The notes under the pieces were generated by a model. That model was given only the letters and a program-made list of their open reading frames with translations. It searched no databases and was not told the origin of the DNA. This document shows, one piece after another, positions 52,570-64,000 of a stretch of 64,000 nucleotides of DNA (positions are counted from its first letter, which is position 1; the number at the start of each line of letters is the position of its first letter). The translations under genes were made by a program, and so were the position numbers. Source of the stretch: Paraspadella gotoi (Eukaryota; Animalia; Chaetognatha); the NCBI GenBank assembly GCA_051294375.1, contig CM119263.1, positions 28,367,940 to 28,431,939 of the forward strand, written 5' to 3'.

Positions 52570-53793
52570 GAAATGAGATCATGAATCGAGAATTAATTAT
52601 TTTGTTAAGAATTTATTGTTGTTTTTTTTGTTCTTTAGTATTAAATAATTCTTCGTACTAGAATATAGAATTATTTTTATTTTTGATTTTTGCTAATTTT
52701 TGTTAATATTCCAAAAAGCTCTCTTGGCACGACTTGTTTCAATTTTTATGATACATATTGTTGAATATACACTTGAAAATTGCAAAATTACTTGTTCTAC
52801 TAAATTACTTATGAGGTTATATTAAATTATAATTACATGAACCCAATTCGGAAGAGATTCGAAAATACTTGATTATTCTAGAAATTATTTTAAAGCATAC
52901 AATTTTTTTAAAAAAGGTATTACTTAGTAAACTACTAGAAGTTTATGTTGAGCTAAAAAGATGTTCAAATCGCCTAAGAGTATATAATGACAGTTGCTCT
53001 TAAGTCATTTTTCTACATTTTTTGAATCAACTTTTAATCTTTTATTTGTTTAAGTTGATTGTAAAGTTGCCCGATGCGCTAATGGTGTCTACGGTGATTT
53101 TTTTTTTTCTGACGTTTTGTTTTTTTTTGCCTCTCGTGTTTTTTTTTCTCTCCCTACCTCCCGCTACCTCACCTCGTCCATTTCGTTACCTCCCTTCCAC
53201 CTTTTTACGCCCGATCCCTGTTATTTTCTCTCCTGCGCCTTCATCAAAACAAACAAACCTCCTCCTCTTCCTCCTCCTCATCCTCCTCATCCTCCTTTAT
53301 TCGAAATCTCACGACGAGGCTCGTTAAACAAGTTTAGTGACGAACCAGTTAAACGTTCGGTGTTTCCCGATTTTTTTCTTTTCCTTTCTTTCCTCCTTTT
53401 TTAAAAATTTTCTCAATTTTTCCTCCCTTTCCTCCCTTTTCGTTTTTATCTCTCTTTTCTTACCGTTCCCTCTCTTTTCTTTTCTTCTTTTTATGTAGTT
53501 AAGTTTCCTTTCATTCATTTGTAATTTTAAAGACATTTTTGTTTCTTAGTTTCTAATTATAGTTATATTTTAAATACATTTTAAATACAATTTCCATCTT
53601 ACTCCGAACCTCTTTCTTTCATTAACCGTCAACCCCTTTTCCCCAAACTTCACAGCACACTCTGCTCCCCTGCTGCTGCTTGCTCGCTTCCAAGCACCCC
53701 TGCTTTCACGCTTTCTATTTTCCCGAAGAAGCCATTAAAAAGGTCTCAGTTTATGGACGACGTTCAACACAAGCGAGAATCGATTCCTAAGAT

Positions 53794-53837
<44 letters not shown>

Positions 53838-53840
<3 letters not shown>

Positions 53841-54169
53841 AGGGTTCATGTTGCCGGGTTTATGAGGCGGGGATCCGAGCAAACAGGCTGGCCCCTAATG
53901 GGTTTGACCCGTTCAAACCGGCGCGCTAAAAAAAAACCCCGGCGTTCTCGAGAAATGACGCTCGAAAATCCGGCGCGATGGAGAAGAGGCGGCGTCGCCG
54001 GCGTCGCGTTTCTGAACATTAGTCTCCGTCACTTTTTTTTTAAAAAGTCGTCATTTTTCTTTTTTTTTCCTCGGGTTAATTCGTCTCGTTTAATCGGCGT
54101 CGCGGGCGGGATCATTCCCGACGCAGCCGAGACGAAACCGGAGTTAAGTTGAGGAAAAAGATATAGTGT

Positions 54170-54211
<42 letters not shown>

Positions 54212-54531
54212 GGTTCATGTTGCCGGGGTTTATGAGGCGGGGATCCGAGCAAACAGGCTGGCCCCTAATGGGTTTGACCCCGTTCAAACCGGCGCCTATA
54301 AAAAAAACCCGGCGTTCTCGAGAATGAAACGCTCGAAAATCCGGCGCGATGGAGAAGAGGGCGGCGTCGCCGGCGTCGCGTTTTCTGACATTAGTCTCCG
54401 TCACTTTTTTTTTAAAAAGTCGTCATTTTTTTTTTTTTCTCGGGTTAATTCGTCTCGTTTAATCGGCGGTCGCGGGCGGGATCATTCCCACGCAGCCGAG
54501 ACGAAACCGAGTTAAGTGGAAGATATAGTGT
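53838..54531. repeat. Tandem duplication of a ~330-bp GC-rich unit separated by (AG)n
   Basis: ~53838-54170 matches ~54208-54531 (gggttcatgttgccggg..gggtttgacccgttcaaacc..gagacgaaaccg). Confidence 0.85.
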
Positions 54532-55378
54532 TAAAAATAGGTCTAATGGTTGTTATAGACAATTACTATTACTCATAGTGCATTGGGAACATCCGTTTCA
54601 ATTGTGTTATTGATGTTTATTTTTTTAAATCTGTCATGATTTCTTTTTTCATTCATGTCATTCGAAAATCTGGTAAATTTTTTGGCAGTGCTTCAATATG
54701 CAAATTAGAGAAAAGTTTACGTAAAAATTGATGCATATTTACTAGTATTAAACGCTCTTTACAAACAAACGATTAACTTCCGGCGTCCTCCCATAACCAT
54801 CCATCAGGCGCCAGGCGGCCTCGCCGCACCCCTTTTCCTTCTTGACCAAACAAATGACCCAGACTGCGATTCGACCCGCTTCCCTGACAGTTGACACTGA
54901 CCCTAAGGAGAGACGGCACCTCACCCGCCTCACCGTCCTTCTTTGACCACCTCCAAGGTCAGTGTGTTGACCTCACCCTCGATTAGCGCTTGACGGCAGC
55001 GTTCCGCGGCTCTTCGTCTTCTCGTCTAAATTTACCAACCTAAAAACCCTTCTCTTTTTTTTTCTCAACGACCCAATAAACTAAAGAAGGTAGCAGAACC
55101 GTGGAACCAAAACTGCGGGGTATGAGTTACTATTTCAAGGGTTTTATTTATTCTGCTGAGAATATGTCAATGTTAAATTTAAGCTATTGGCAATATCCTT
55201 TGCAGTAAACTGTTAACACTTCGCCTAGTTCCGGGAATAGAACTATGAATTTACCGCACTTAACGCCTGCAGGCGAGATTTCGCCGGGAGATATCATCAC
55301 CGCAACCACGCCCCATCTCATGTAGGGACAATTGCCACTCTTCTCTTCTCTCATCTCTCTCTCTCTCTCTCATCTCTC

Positions 55379-55413
<35 letters not shown>

Positions 55414-57589
55414 TCTCTCTCTCTCTTTCCTCTCTCTCTCTCTCTCCCTATCTCTCTCATCGGCTCTCTCTCTTTTCTCTCAATCTCAAATACTCTCCGA
55501 AGAAAATTAGAAAATAATAATTTTAAAAAAGGCAGTTTTCCAACAAAGATAACATTAAAGAACTTTGCGAGACTTTTTTTATTATATTTTATATATATTT
55601 TATATTGGGTCACTTTCACTGTTACGCACTGAACAATTTAGTAAACTAAACATATATTTTGGTCTCGATATAGGGTCCCACTTATATTTAAATCATAATT
55701 ATTAATTTATTAAAAAATGGATAGAGTAAATTGAAATGAATTTGTGTGTGGGCAAGAAAGTATGTGATTAAGCTGGATATAAACTTTTTGATGGAATCGT
55801 AGGAATGGAAACAAGTTTTAAGAGAAAACCAAAAGAACACATTTATTGAATTTTTCAAAGATTCCCTCTCTCTATCATCCTCTGGATTGATTGATTGATT
55901 GATTGATTTTGACCCACTTAATAAATCATTTTTTAAGAAAAGGTTAATTTCCCTTTCGTGAGGTAATTTCGAATCTGGCTTTAAAAATAAGAAAAAAACA
56001 TTTTCAATTTTGACATTTTCTATGGCCGTATGCAAAAATTGAAAATAAAAAGTTATATTTTTTTATTTAATTCAAAGTGTTCGGTGATAGTTCGTCGATC
56101 TAACTATTCGAATGTTGAAATTCTCACTTGATTTTATATTTTTGCTATGCTTCGTAAGACAGAGAGGAGAAAGAAAGTGAGAGAGAGATAAGAAAGAAAA
56201 AAAATAAATAGAGTGGAGAAAGAGTAGAAATAGGAGATACAAAGAGAGAGAAAGAGAGACTGAGACAGAGAGAGAAAGATATATATGAAAATAAAAAAAA
56301 AAGAGAGAGAGTAGAAAGAGAGAGCGAGAGTGAGAAGAAAAGTAAGAGAGAGCTAAAAATAGAAAAAAAAAATAGAGAGAGGATTCCAGAGATCAGAAAA
56401 GAGAGAGAGAGATGAAAGATTAGAAAGAAAAAGAGAAAAGGTAGCACAGAAGAGAGAGAGAGATTAAATAAAATAGAAGGGTATTAAAAATATTTCTCTA
56501 ATTGATTTCTCCGTGCGATTCATTCGATGCCTAATTTAAATATTAATTATTTGCATTTATTTTTTAAACCCTCTATTGTTATTTTATCTCTCTCCTCTCT
56601 GTCCTCAGCCTTTCTCTTTTACTTTTCTATTTCACATCTCTCGTCTCTCTCTTTCTATCTCTGATCTCTCGCTATTTTTTTTTTCTATTTTAGCTCTCTC
56701 TTACTTTCTCTCTCACTCACTCTCTCCCTTCTAATCCGTCTCTCTCTTTTTTTTAATTTTCATATATATCTTTTCCTCTCTCTGTCTCAGTCTCGTCTTC
56801 TCTCTTGTTATCTATCTATTTCTATCTCTTTCTCACTGCTATGTTATTTTTTTTCTATTTCTTATCTCCTCTCCTCACTTTCTTTCTCTCCTCTGTCTAC
56901 TGAAGCATAAGCAAAAATTAAAAATCAAGTTGGAATCAAAATTCGAATAGTAGATCACGAACGATCCACGAACAACTGTGAACATTTTAAATAAAATATA
57001 ATTTTTTAATTTTCAATTTTTGGTCATACGCCCATAGAAATGTCAAATTTTAAAAGTGTCTTTTTTTCTTATTTTTTAAAAAGCAGATTCGAATTCCTCA
57101 ACGAAAGGAAATGTAACCTTTTTCTAAAAAATGATTTATTTAAGTGGGTCAAAAGTCAATCAATCAATGTCAATCAATCAGAGAGATGATAGAAGAGAGG
57201 GAATCTTTGAAAAATTCAAATAAATGTGTCGTTTTGGTTCTACTTTAAACTTTTCCATTCCTACGATTCATCATAAAATTTGATATCCAGCTTAAGTCAC
57301 ATACTTTCTTGCCCACACACAAAATTCATTTCAATTTATCTATCAATTTTTAATAATATAATAATTATGATTAAATATAAGTGGGACCTTATCGAGACAA
57401 AATATAATGTTTATTACTAAATTTGTTCAGTGGTTAACAGAACAGTGACCCAAGATATAAAATATATATAGAATATAATAAAAAAAGTCTCGCAAAGTTT
57501 TAAAATGTTAATCTTTTGTTTGGGAAACAGTGCTTTAAAATTATTATTTTCTTTTGTTTCTGTATCTTTATTCTTGGAGATTGAAGGAA

Positions 57590-57620
<31 letters not shown>

Positions 57621-57628
57621 AGAGTGAA

Positions 57629-57685
<57 letters not shown>

Positions 57686-58542
57686 AGATGAGAGAGAGGA
57701 GAGATGAGAAAGGAGGAGAGATGGGCCATTTTTATCGTCCCCGTCATGAATTGGGGGCGGGGATTTGCCGGGATGATATCCCCGCGCGAAAGACCAGCCG
57801 CAGGGCGTAGTTGCGGTGAACTGTATGTTCTTTCCCGAAAACTGGCGCGAAGTTTAACAGTTTAACTGCAAGATATGCCGCGTAATATCTCAAATTTACA
57901 TTGAACATATCTCAAGAGAATAAATAAAACCCCTGAATAGTTAACTAATATCCGCAGTTTTTGGTTCCACGGTTTCGCTACCCTTCTTAGTTTATTGGGT
58001 CGTTGAAGAAAAAAAAGCAAGAAGGGTTTTTTAGGTGCTAAATTGACGAGAAGACGAAGAGCCGCGGAACGCTGCCGCAACCGCTAATCGAGGGTGAGTC
58101 AAACACTGAACCTTGAGGTGGTCAAAGAAGGACGGTGAGGGGTGAGGGCCGCTCTCCTTAGGGTTTCAGGTTCATACTGTCCAGGGAAGCGGTCGAATCG
58201 GCACGTCTGGGTCCATTTGATATTGGTCAAGAAGAAAAGGGTGACGGCGAGGCCGCCCTGGCGCCTGATGGGATGGTTATGGGAGACCGAAGTTAATCGT
58301 TTGTTGGTATAAGAGCGGTTTTAAATACTTAGTAAATATGATCATCTAAACTTTTCTAACTTTGCATATTGAAGCACTGCAAAAAAATTTATCAGATTTC
58401 ACGATTGAGAATGAAAAAAGAAATCATTGACAGATTTAAAAAAAATAAACATCAATAACACAATGAAACGATGTTCTCCAATGCACTATGGAGTAATAGT
58501 AATTGTCATATAACAACCATTAAACCTTTATATTTTAACCAT
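54532..58542. repeat. ~2-kb-arm inverted duplication centred ~56520, indel-rich; probable foldback artefact
   Basis: ~54532-56490 is the reverse complement of ~56560-58542 with scattered single-base indels; an N gap follows directly. Confidence 0.85.
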
Positions 58543-59869
58543 NNNNNNNNNNNNNNNNNNNNNNNNNAAAAAAAGTGGAGGAAAGGAAATTAGAGCAGTT
58601 GACTTATTGAGCGTCGGCCAAGGATCAAAACAAGTCTTAGTTTCCGTCATTTTAGATGAGTTTTTCTTCTCTCTCTCTCTCTCTCTCTCNNNNNNNNNNN
58701 NNNNNNNNNNNNNNNNNNNNNNNNNNNNNNNNNNNNNNNNNNNNNNNNNNNNNNNNNNNNNNNNNNNNNNNNNNNNNNNNNNNNNNNNNNNNNNNNNNNN
58801 NNNNNNNNNNNNNNNNNNNNNNNNNNNNNNNNNNNNNNNNNNNNNNNNNNNNNNNNNNNNNNNNNNNNNNNNNNNNNNNNNNNNNNNNNNNNNNNNNNNN
58901 NNNNNNNNNNNNNNNNNNNNNNNNNNNNNNNNNNNNNNCTCGTTCCGATGTTCTTTTGTTATCCCATTTTTGTCAACGAATTTCTGTAGTTTTTAATGCA
59001 TTTTCTCGTTGTTTATCAGTTTATCAGTATTCAATACACAGAGAACTTGAAAAGCTGTTGACCTCAAGTTCAATGCCGTTCGTCCGTTGCCTTTTGCTTT
59101 CTGCAAATATCGATCGCCTGCACCATTGAGGATGCAGCGAGTTGAGTAACGCCGCCGTAGGCCGCCGCCGCCGCCGCAGGCCGCCGCCGTTGACCGACGC
59201 CGACCGACCCGATCCGACGCCGTCTCTCGATGGTGAAAGACTTTTTCGGATCTTCGTGAATTTTGGATGAAGACGTCGAAAGTGAGAAACGTGAAGATGC
59301 GATTAAGAGAGACGTGAACGGACGATTCCGTGATGGATTCCTTAATGGACTCCGTGAATGGTAAATCCAGTGATAAATCTTCTGGTGAATTATTTTATAG
59401 ACTCTTCACGAAGTGAAAATGTTATTAATATCTGAAATCTACATAGTATGGTAAATATGTGGTAAATGTGTAAACGTGAATGACTTTAAAATACGCGCCA
59501 GTTAATAAGTAGGTAATAATCAGAGAACCATTATGGACTATTTTAATTGATGTCATTGCACGGACCATCCGGACCAACTGTCTGTTTCTCGCTACCTGAT
59601 CCTTAGATTTCAGAAAACTTTTTATTCGACCCACCTCCATTATGAAATGAACGATTTTCACATATCATTTAACTGCGCATTGAAGCTTGACGTTAAAAAA
59701 TATCATACATACCCAGATTTGTAAGACTAATGGACCCTAATTTATGGCTAAGTATATGAGCAATAAGTTATGAAAAACTCGGAACTACGAATTCAATCTC
59801 TCCAGAGGAAATGGAAAATCCCTGAAAGCAAAAAGAATTCTTCAGGATGATTGATCTTCGCGGACTTTA

Positions 59870-60835
59870 GCTTGACATCTGGGCCCTCGGCATTGGCCCT
59901 TACAGGCCATCACTGGGCCTTGTTGGCCACTCAACCGACAGGCCATCTCCTCGGATGCCCCAGGCCATCTTGGGTGATTGGCCCTTGACAGGCCATCTGG
60001 GCCTCGGATTGGCTCTTGACAGGCCATCTGGGCCCTCGCGATTGCGCCTTGAAGGCCATCTGGGCCTCGGATTGGCCACTTAGACAGGCCTACTGTGGCC
60101 TCGGATGGTCCTTGACAATCTTGGGCCGGATATGGCCTACAGGCATCTGGCCCTTTGATGGCCGGACAGGCCATCTGCCGGCACCTCGGATGGCCTTGAA
60201 GGCCATTCGGCCTTGATTGGCCCTTGACAGGCCCAATACTGGCGCCCTCGGATTGGCCCTTGCAGACGGCCACTCTGGGCCTCGAGATTGCCCTTGACAG
60301 GCACATCTGGGCCTCGGTTGGCCCTTGACAGCCATCTGGCCTCGATTGGCCCTTGACAGGCCATCTGGGCCGGCGGATTGGCCTTGTACAGGCCATCTGG
60401 GCTGGATCTGCCCGCTGTGACAGGCCATATCTGCGGCCTCGCGAAATTGCCTTGACAGTCCATCTGGACCTTGGATTGGCCCATTGACAGGCCAATCTGG
60501 CCTCGGATTGGCCCTTGAACAGGCCATCTGGGCCTCGGATTGGCCCTTGACAGGCCATCCTGGGCTCGGATGGCCCTTGACAGGCCATTGGGCTATCGCG
60601 ATTGCCTTGAAGCCCATCTGAGCTCGGTTCTGAGACATCTGCTCGGATTGGCCCTTGACAGGCCATCTGGGCCTCGGATTTGGCCCCTGGACAGGCCATC
60701 TGGGCCTCGGATTGGCCTTGACCAGAGCACCATACGGGTTCTCGCGGGATATGCGCCCTTGACAAGGCCCATCTTGGGCTCGGATTGCCTTGACAAGGCC
60801 ATTCTGGGCCATCGGATTGCCCGACTGGCCATTGC
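59870..60835. repeat. GC-rich 31-bp minisatellite (ggccatctgggcctcggattggcccttgaca), about 30 copies
   Basis: direct reading; each unit contains a GGGCC-TCGGATT-GGCCC inverted repeat. Confidence 0.9.
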
Positions 60836-60888
60836 CTGGGGAAAAGAAAATGGAAGTCGAGATCGAAAGTCTAATTATAGAATCGAAT

Positions 60889-60916
60889 TTAGCGAAGACG
60901 TTTGTCCGTGCCTCGT

Positions 60917-60962
<46 letters not shown>

Positions 60963-61299
60963 TCCCCCCGGATCGACAGTGAATCTGACACAAATGGATT
61001 CGAACAAATTTTTAAGTAAATTCTAATCTAGTTTACTTGTTAAGTCAATCGAAGGTATTGATTTTCAAATTATGAATAACTTTTTATCCCTTTGTCCATT
61101 GAATCACCTCTCAAATCAACTTCTAATCACCCTAATCAGCCACCCTCAACCCACCCACCACCTCGCAATGGCCAACACGAGTCGTAAAAAATCTTCGTTT
61201 GACCTCGAAACAAAATTTATGCTTTTATTATTTTTATTATTTCGTCGAGATGAAGATTTGAGTCGATGTGAACGCGGGAGAGAAGGGAGAGATGGATTC

Positions 61300-61354
<55 letters not shown>

Positions 61355-62274
61355 CCTCCTCTCTCTGTCTCACGACGATAGCCGGATAGTCTACATTACA
61401 ACTTTGTTATCAAAATTAATGACATGAACAGAATGGCCACAAGATTTATAACATAATCCTTAAATATTATCCATATTATCTCCTCATTATCCTATTANNN
61501 NNNNNNNATATCCTTCACTTAATGTTGCCACAGCAGCAATTCTGCGAACATTTACAGCATTTCTCTTACATTGACACCGCCTACATTGACCCATCTCCTG
61601 TTGTTATTCCTCAGAACTACTTCTTCTTCTCTTTACTGTCACCGGCCTCCGTTTTATCGCTTTTCTTGCGCCGCAAGTTCAAGTACAGAGAGCCCCTTGT
61701 AGTTGTATTCGTCGTTATCGTCGTCGTCGTCGTCGTCGTCTTCGTTTTCGTCGGTGTTGTCTTATTCTCGTTTTCGTCTTAATCGTAGCGGTCTATGTAT
61801 GTTGTCTGCGACATCTTCGTATTACGACATGTCAGTGTTTTGACATTATGATTTAGTACAAAGTTACAAACATTAACTTTAAACAAAAATGTTGTCTGAA
61901 TACATGTTGTAGTAATAGCACAGACTAATAATTATAAAAATTGAATACAAATTTAAATTTCGGCCAAAACCCCCGACCAAATTTGGCATTAATTTTATTA
62001 TCAATTTTTTATCCTGAGCTTACATTACTACTCAAATATCAATTGCTTACTTACGTTGACGTCGTCTTTGTCGACCTTGTCATTTTCTTCTTCGTCGCCG
62101 TCATCGTCTTCGTCTTCTTCGTCGCCGTCATCGTCTTCGTCGCTGTCGTCGTCGTCGTCGTTCCCTTCTCTTCTTTATATTCTTCCCTCGAACACGAGAT
62201 ACTCAAACGGCGTGAAACTTGAACGACGGAACTTTTATGGAGAGAAGAGACTCCTCTCTCCTTGGCCCCTCTAG

Positions 62275-62315
<41 letters not shown>

Positions 62316-63270
62316 TCCTTTGCTTTACTTTCCTTTACTTTCCTTTTAATTTTCGCTCTCATTCAATCTCCTTACCTTATTCTCGGGCCCATCTTTTTTT
62401 CCTTTTTCTTCTCACTCTCCATCTCACTTCTTTTTTTTTAAATCTTTCATTCTCTTTTCTCTTTCATCCAGCTTCTTCTTTTTTTTTTCATTTTATTGCA
62501 GAGTTTCTTTTACTTTTCTCCTCTTATTCAATCATACTCTTTTTCATTTGAAGCGCACTCTAAACTTCCACATTTTTATGTTAAATTAAGGGAGAGAGAG
62601 AACAAAAATTAAGGATATGACCTCGGATAAAATTATTTCCTCTCTACTTATTAGTACTTAAAGATTTTTCTGGACTATTTATTCCAAAATATATAACAAC
62701 TTCTTTTCACCTTTCAAAATATTACTGTACGTTTGTGGATAATGCGTATAACGTATAACTTATTCGCTATGAAAATTAAAAATAACAAGAGCTCTACAAA
62801 TTTGATAAGTATATTCTTCTAGTTAAAGAAAAGTTCCTCATTTAAAGATTTAAACGTTTAAATTTTTATTCCCTACGGCGCACAGCGCACTACATCAAGT
62901 GAAGCAAGTTACAAAGCAAAAGACAAAAACCTCTTACTCAAAAAATCACCAAAAAAAAATACGGATCCTGAATATTTAAACGAAACGACTAAAAGACCAT
63001 ACCACGTTAAGAGCCACCCATACCCGTACGAGGCCGCCCGACCGCCGCCCCACCCCACAAAAGAGAAGAAAGAGAGGAGAAGAGAAGAAGAGAGAGAGGA
63101 GACAGAGAGAGTGAGAGACGAGAGAGCACAGAACGGTGGAGGATTACAGTCAAAAAAACGACGTTGAAAATTCCCGCATCATGCGCGAAATTGAATCTTT
63201 CCCCGACCGCGCCAACACTCGCCGCCCGCGCAGCACTGCAGCCAACAGAGAGAGAGACGAGAGCAGCCAC
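60889..63270 (-). CDS. Low-confidence spliced gene for an Asp-rich, possibly secreted precursor; candidate exons ~63270-63024, 62231-62055, ~61800-61650, 61203-61162, 60984-60889
   Basis: Phase-0 AG/GT-bounded exons: FRRSSFTPFEYLVFEGRI*RREGNDDDD...DDVN|GTAAGT, VKRRFFTTRVGHCE| and IHCRSGGN(D)14ARGTDKRLR*. Hydrophobic LLLFSSLSSLLWGGAAVG upstream. In-frame stops in two exons weaken the call. Confidence 0.25.
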
Positions 63271-64000
63271 CCACCACCGACCGAGAGGAGACGAGCAGAC
63301 CCGAGACAGAGAGAGAGAGAGAGAGGGGATATTTTGGTCGAAAGCAAAGGGAATATTGGACGAGAGGAATAAAAGTAAACTCGTGGCCTTAAGAAGAGGA
63401 GAAGGACAAAGTCGATATGATGGGAGGACCGGTCAAGGAGAGGACAAAGAAAATGGAAAGAACAAATAAAATAAAGAAGAAGAAAATTGATAGGATAAAT
63501 AAAATGAGGACAAGATAAATGGACAGGACAAATAAAATGAAAACATAGAAAATGGACAGGATAAATAAGATGAAAAGAAAATAAAGTATCGTAAGAAAAT
63601 ATAAGTATGATAAAAGTATTTTATAAAGTACGATTAAAGTATGATAAAAGTACGATATACTATACGATACTTACGATCAAATAAAAAGAGATAAGTGAGT
63701 CCACCATAAAATTGGCAGCAAATCCACAGTTCGGGCAAGCGAGGGAAAGAACGTTAGGTCCTCGACCCAATCAAAAAAAAAATAAACAGAAAAAGGAAAT
63801 TCCCAATGAATAAAAGAGGAATAATGAAGGAAAAACAAAACAAATCAAAATAGTTAAGCTTGCGAGTATCGCCCTGGAGGAGCGGGGTAGTTTGCAACGC
63901 TAGTCGTATCCTTATCGCGTCATCGTGGTTGGATCATAATGAAGATACATCCTCGTCTTTTCCTTCCTGTATTTTGAATTAAGATTGATGCGATTTTTAT

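Noticed and set aside
59230-59364. Short plus-strand frame MVKDFFGSS*ILDEDV.. after a GCC-rich island
   Set aside because: Internal stop and no recognisable motif; may be a 5'UTR exon but unsupported.
59842-61019. ~300-aa repetitive ORFs and a CRISPR-like appearance
   Set aside because: Tandem 31-bp repeat with no unique spacers and no cas genes, in a eukaryotic context; ORFs shift frame every unit.
62055-62231. Alternative genetic code (TAA/TAG read as sense), since confident genes mostly end in TGA and this exon has an in-frame TAA
   Set aside because: The clean coding regions of the channel, both methyltransferases and the zinc-finger gene contain no in-frame TAA/TAG.

Overview
AT-rich eukaryotic (very probably invertebrate animal) draft-genome window with N gaps, many microsatellites, and stretches of indel-rich, apparently unpolished long-read sequence. 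Most ORFs in the track are low-complexity or antisense shadows. Spliced genes reconstructed by hand: (1) cryptic 3' exons of a NodB/CE4 polysaccharide-deacetylase-like gene (+, 1179-7756); (2) a divergent DEG/ENaC channel (+, 14729-17554 or 18067); (3) two paralogous JHAMT-like class I SAM methyltransferases (+, 24549-25963 and 35575-37243); (4) a large multi-C2H2 zinc-finger gene (+, ~46928-52569); (5) a low-confidence acidic, possibly secreted precursor (-, ~60889-63270). The first 7 kb is a nested stack of mobile elements. It contains Penelope-like inverted pseudo-LTRs with minimal hammerhead ribozymes, a TIR element and a Helentron/HINE-like element. Innermost is a 687-bp TRIM whose LTRs carry a tRNA-derived Pol III promoter (a possible tRNA-based analogue of plant Cassandra elements), the most novel-looking item. 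Several large inverted or direct duplications are probably assembly or amplification artefacts. All family assignments are from motif recognition by eye; no searches were run.
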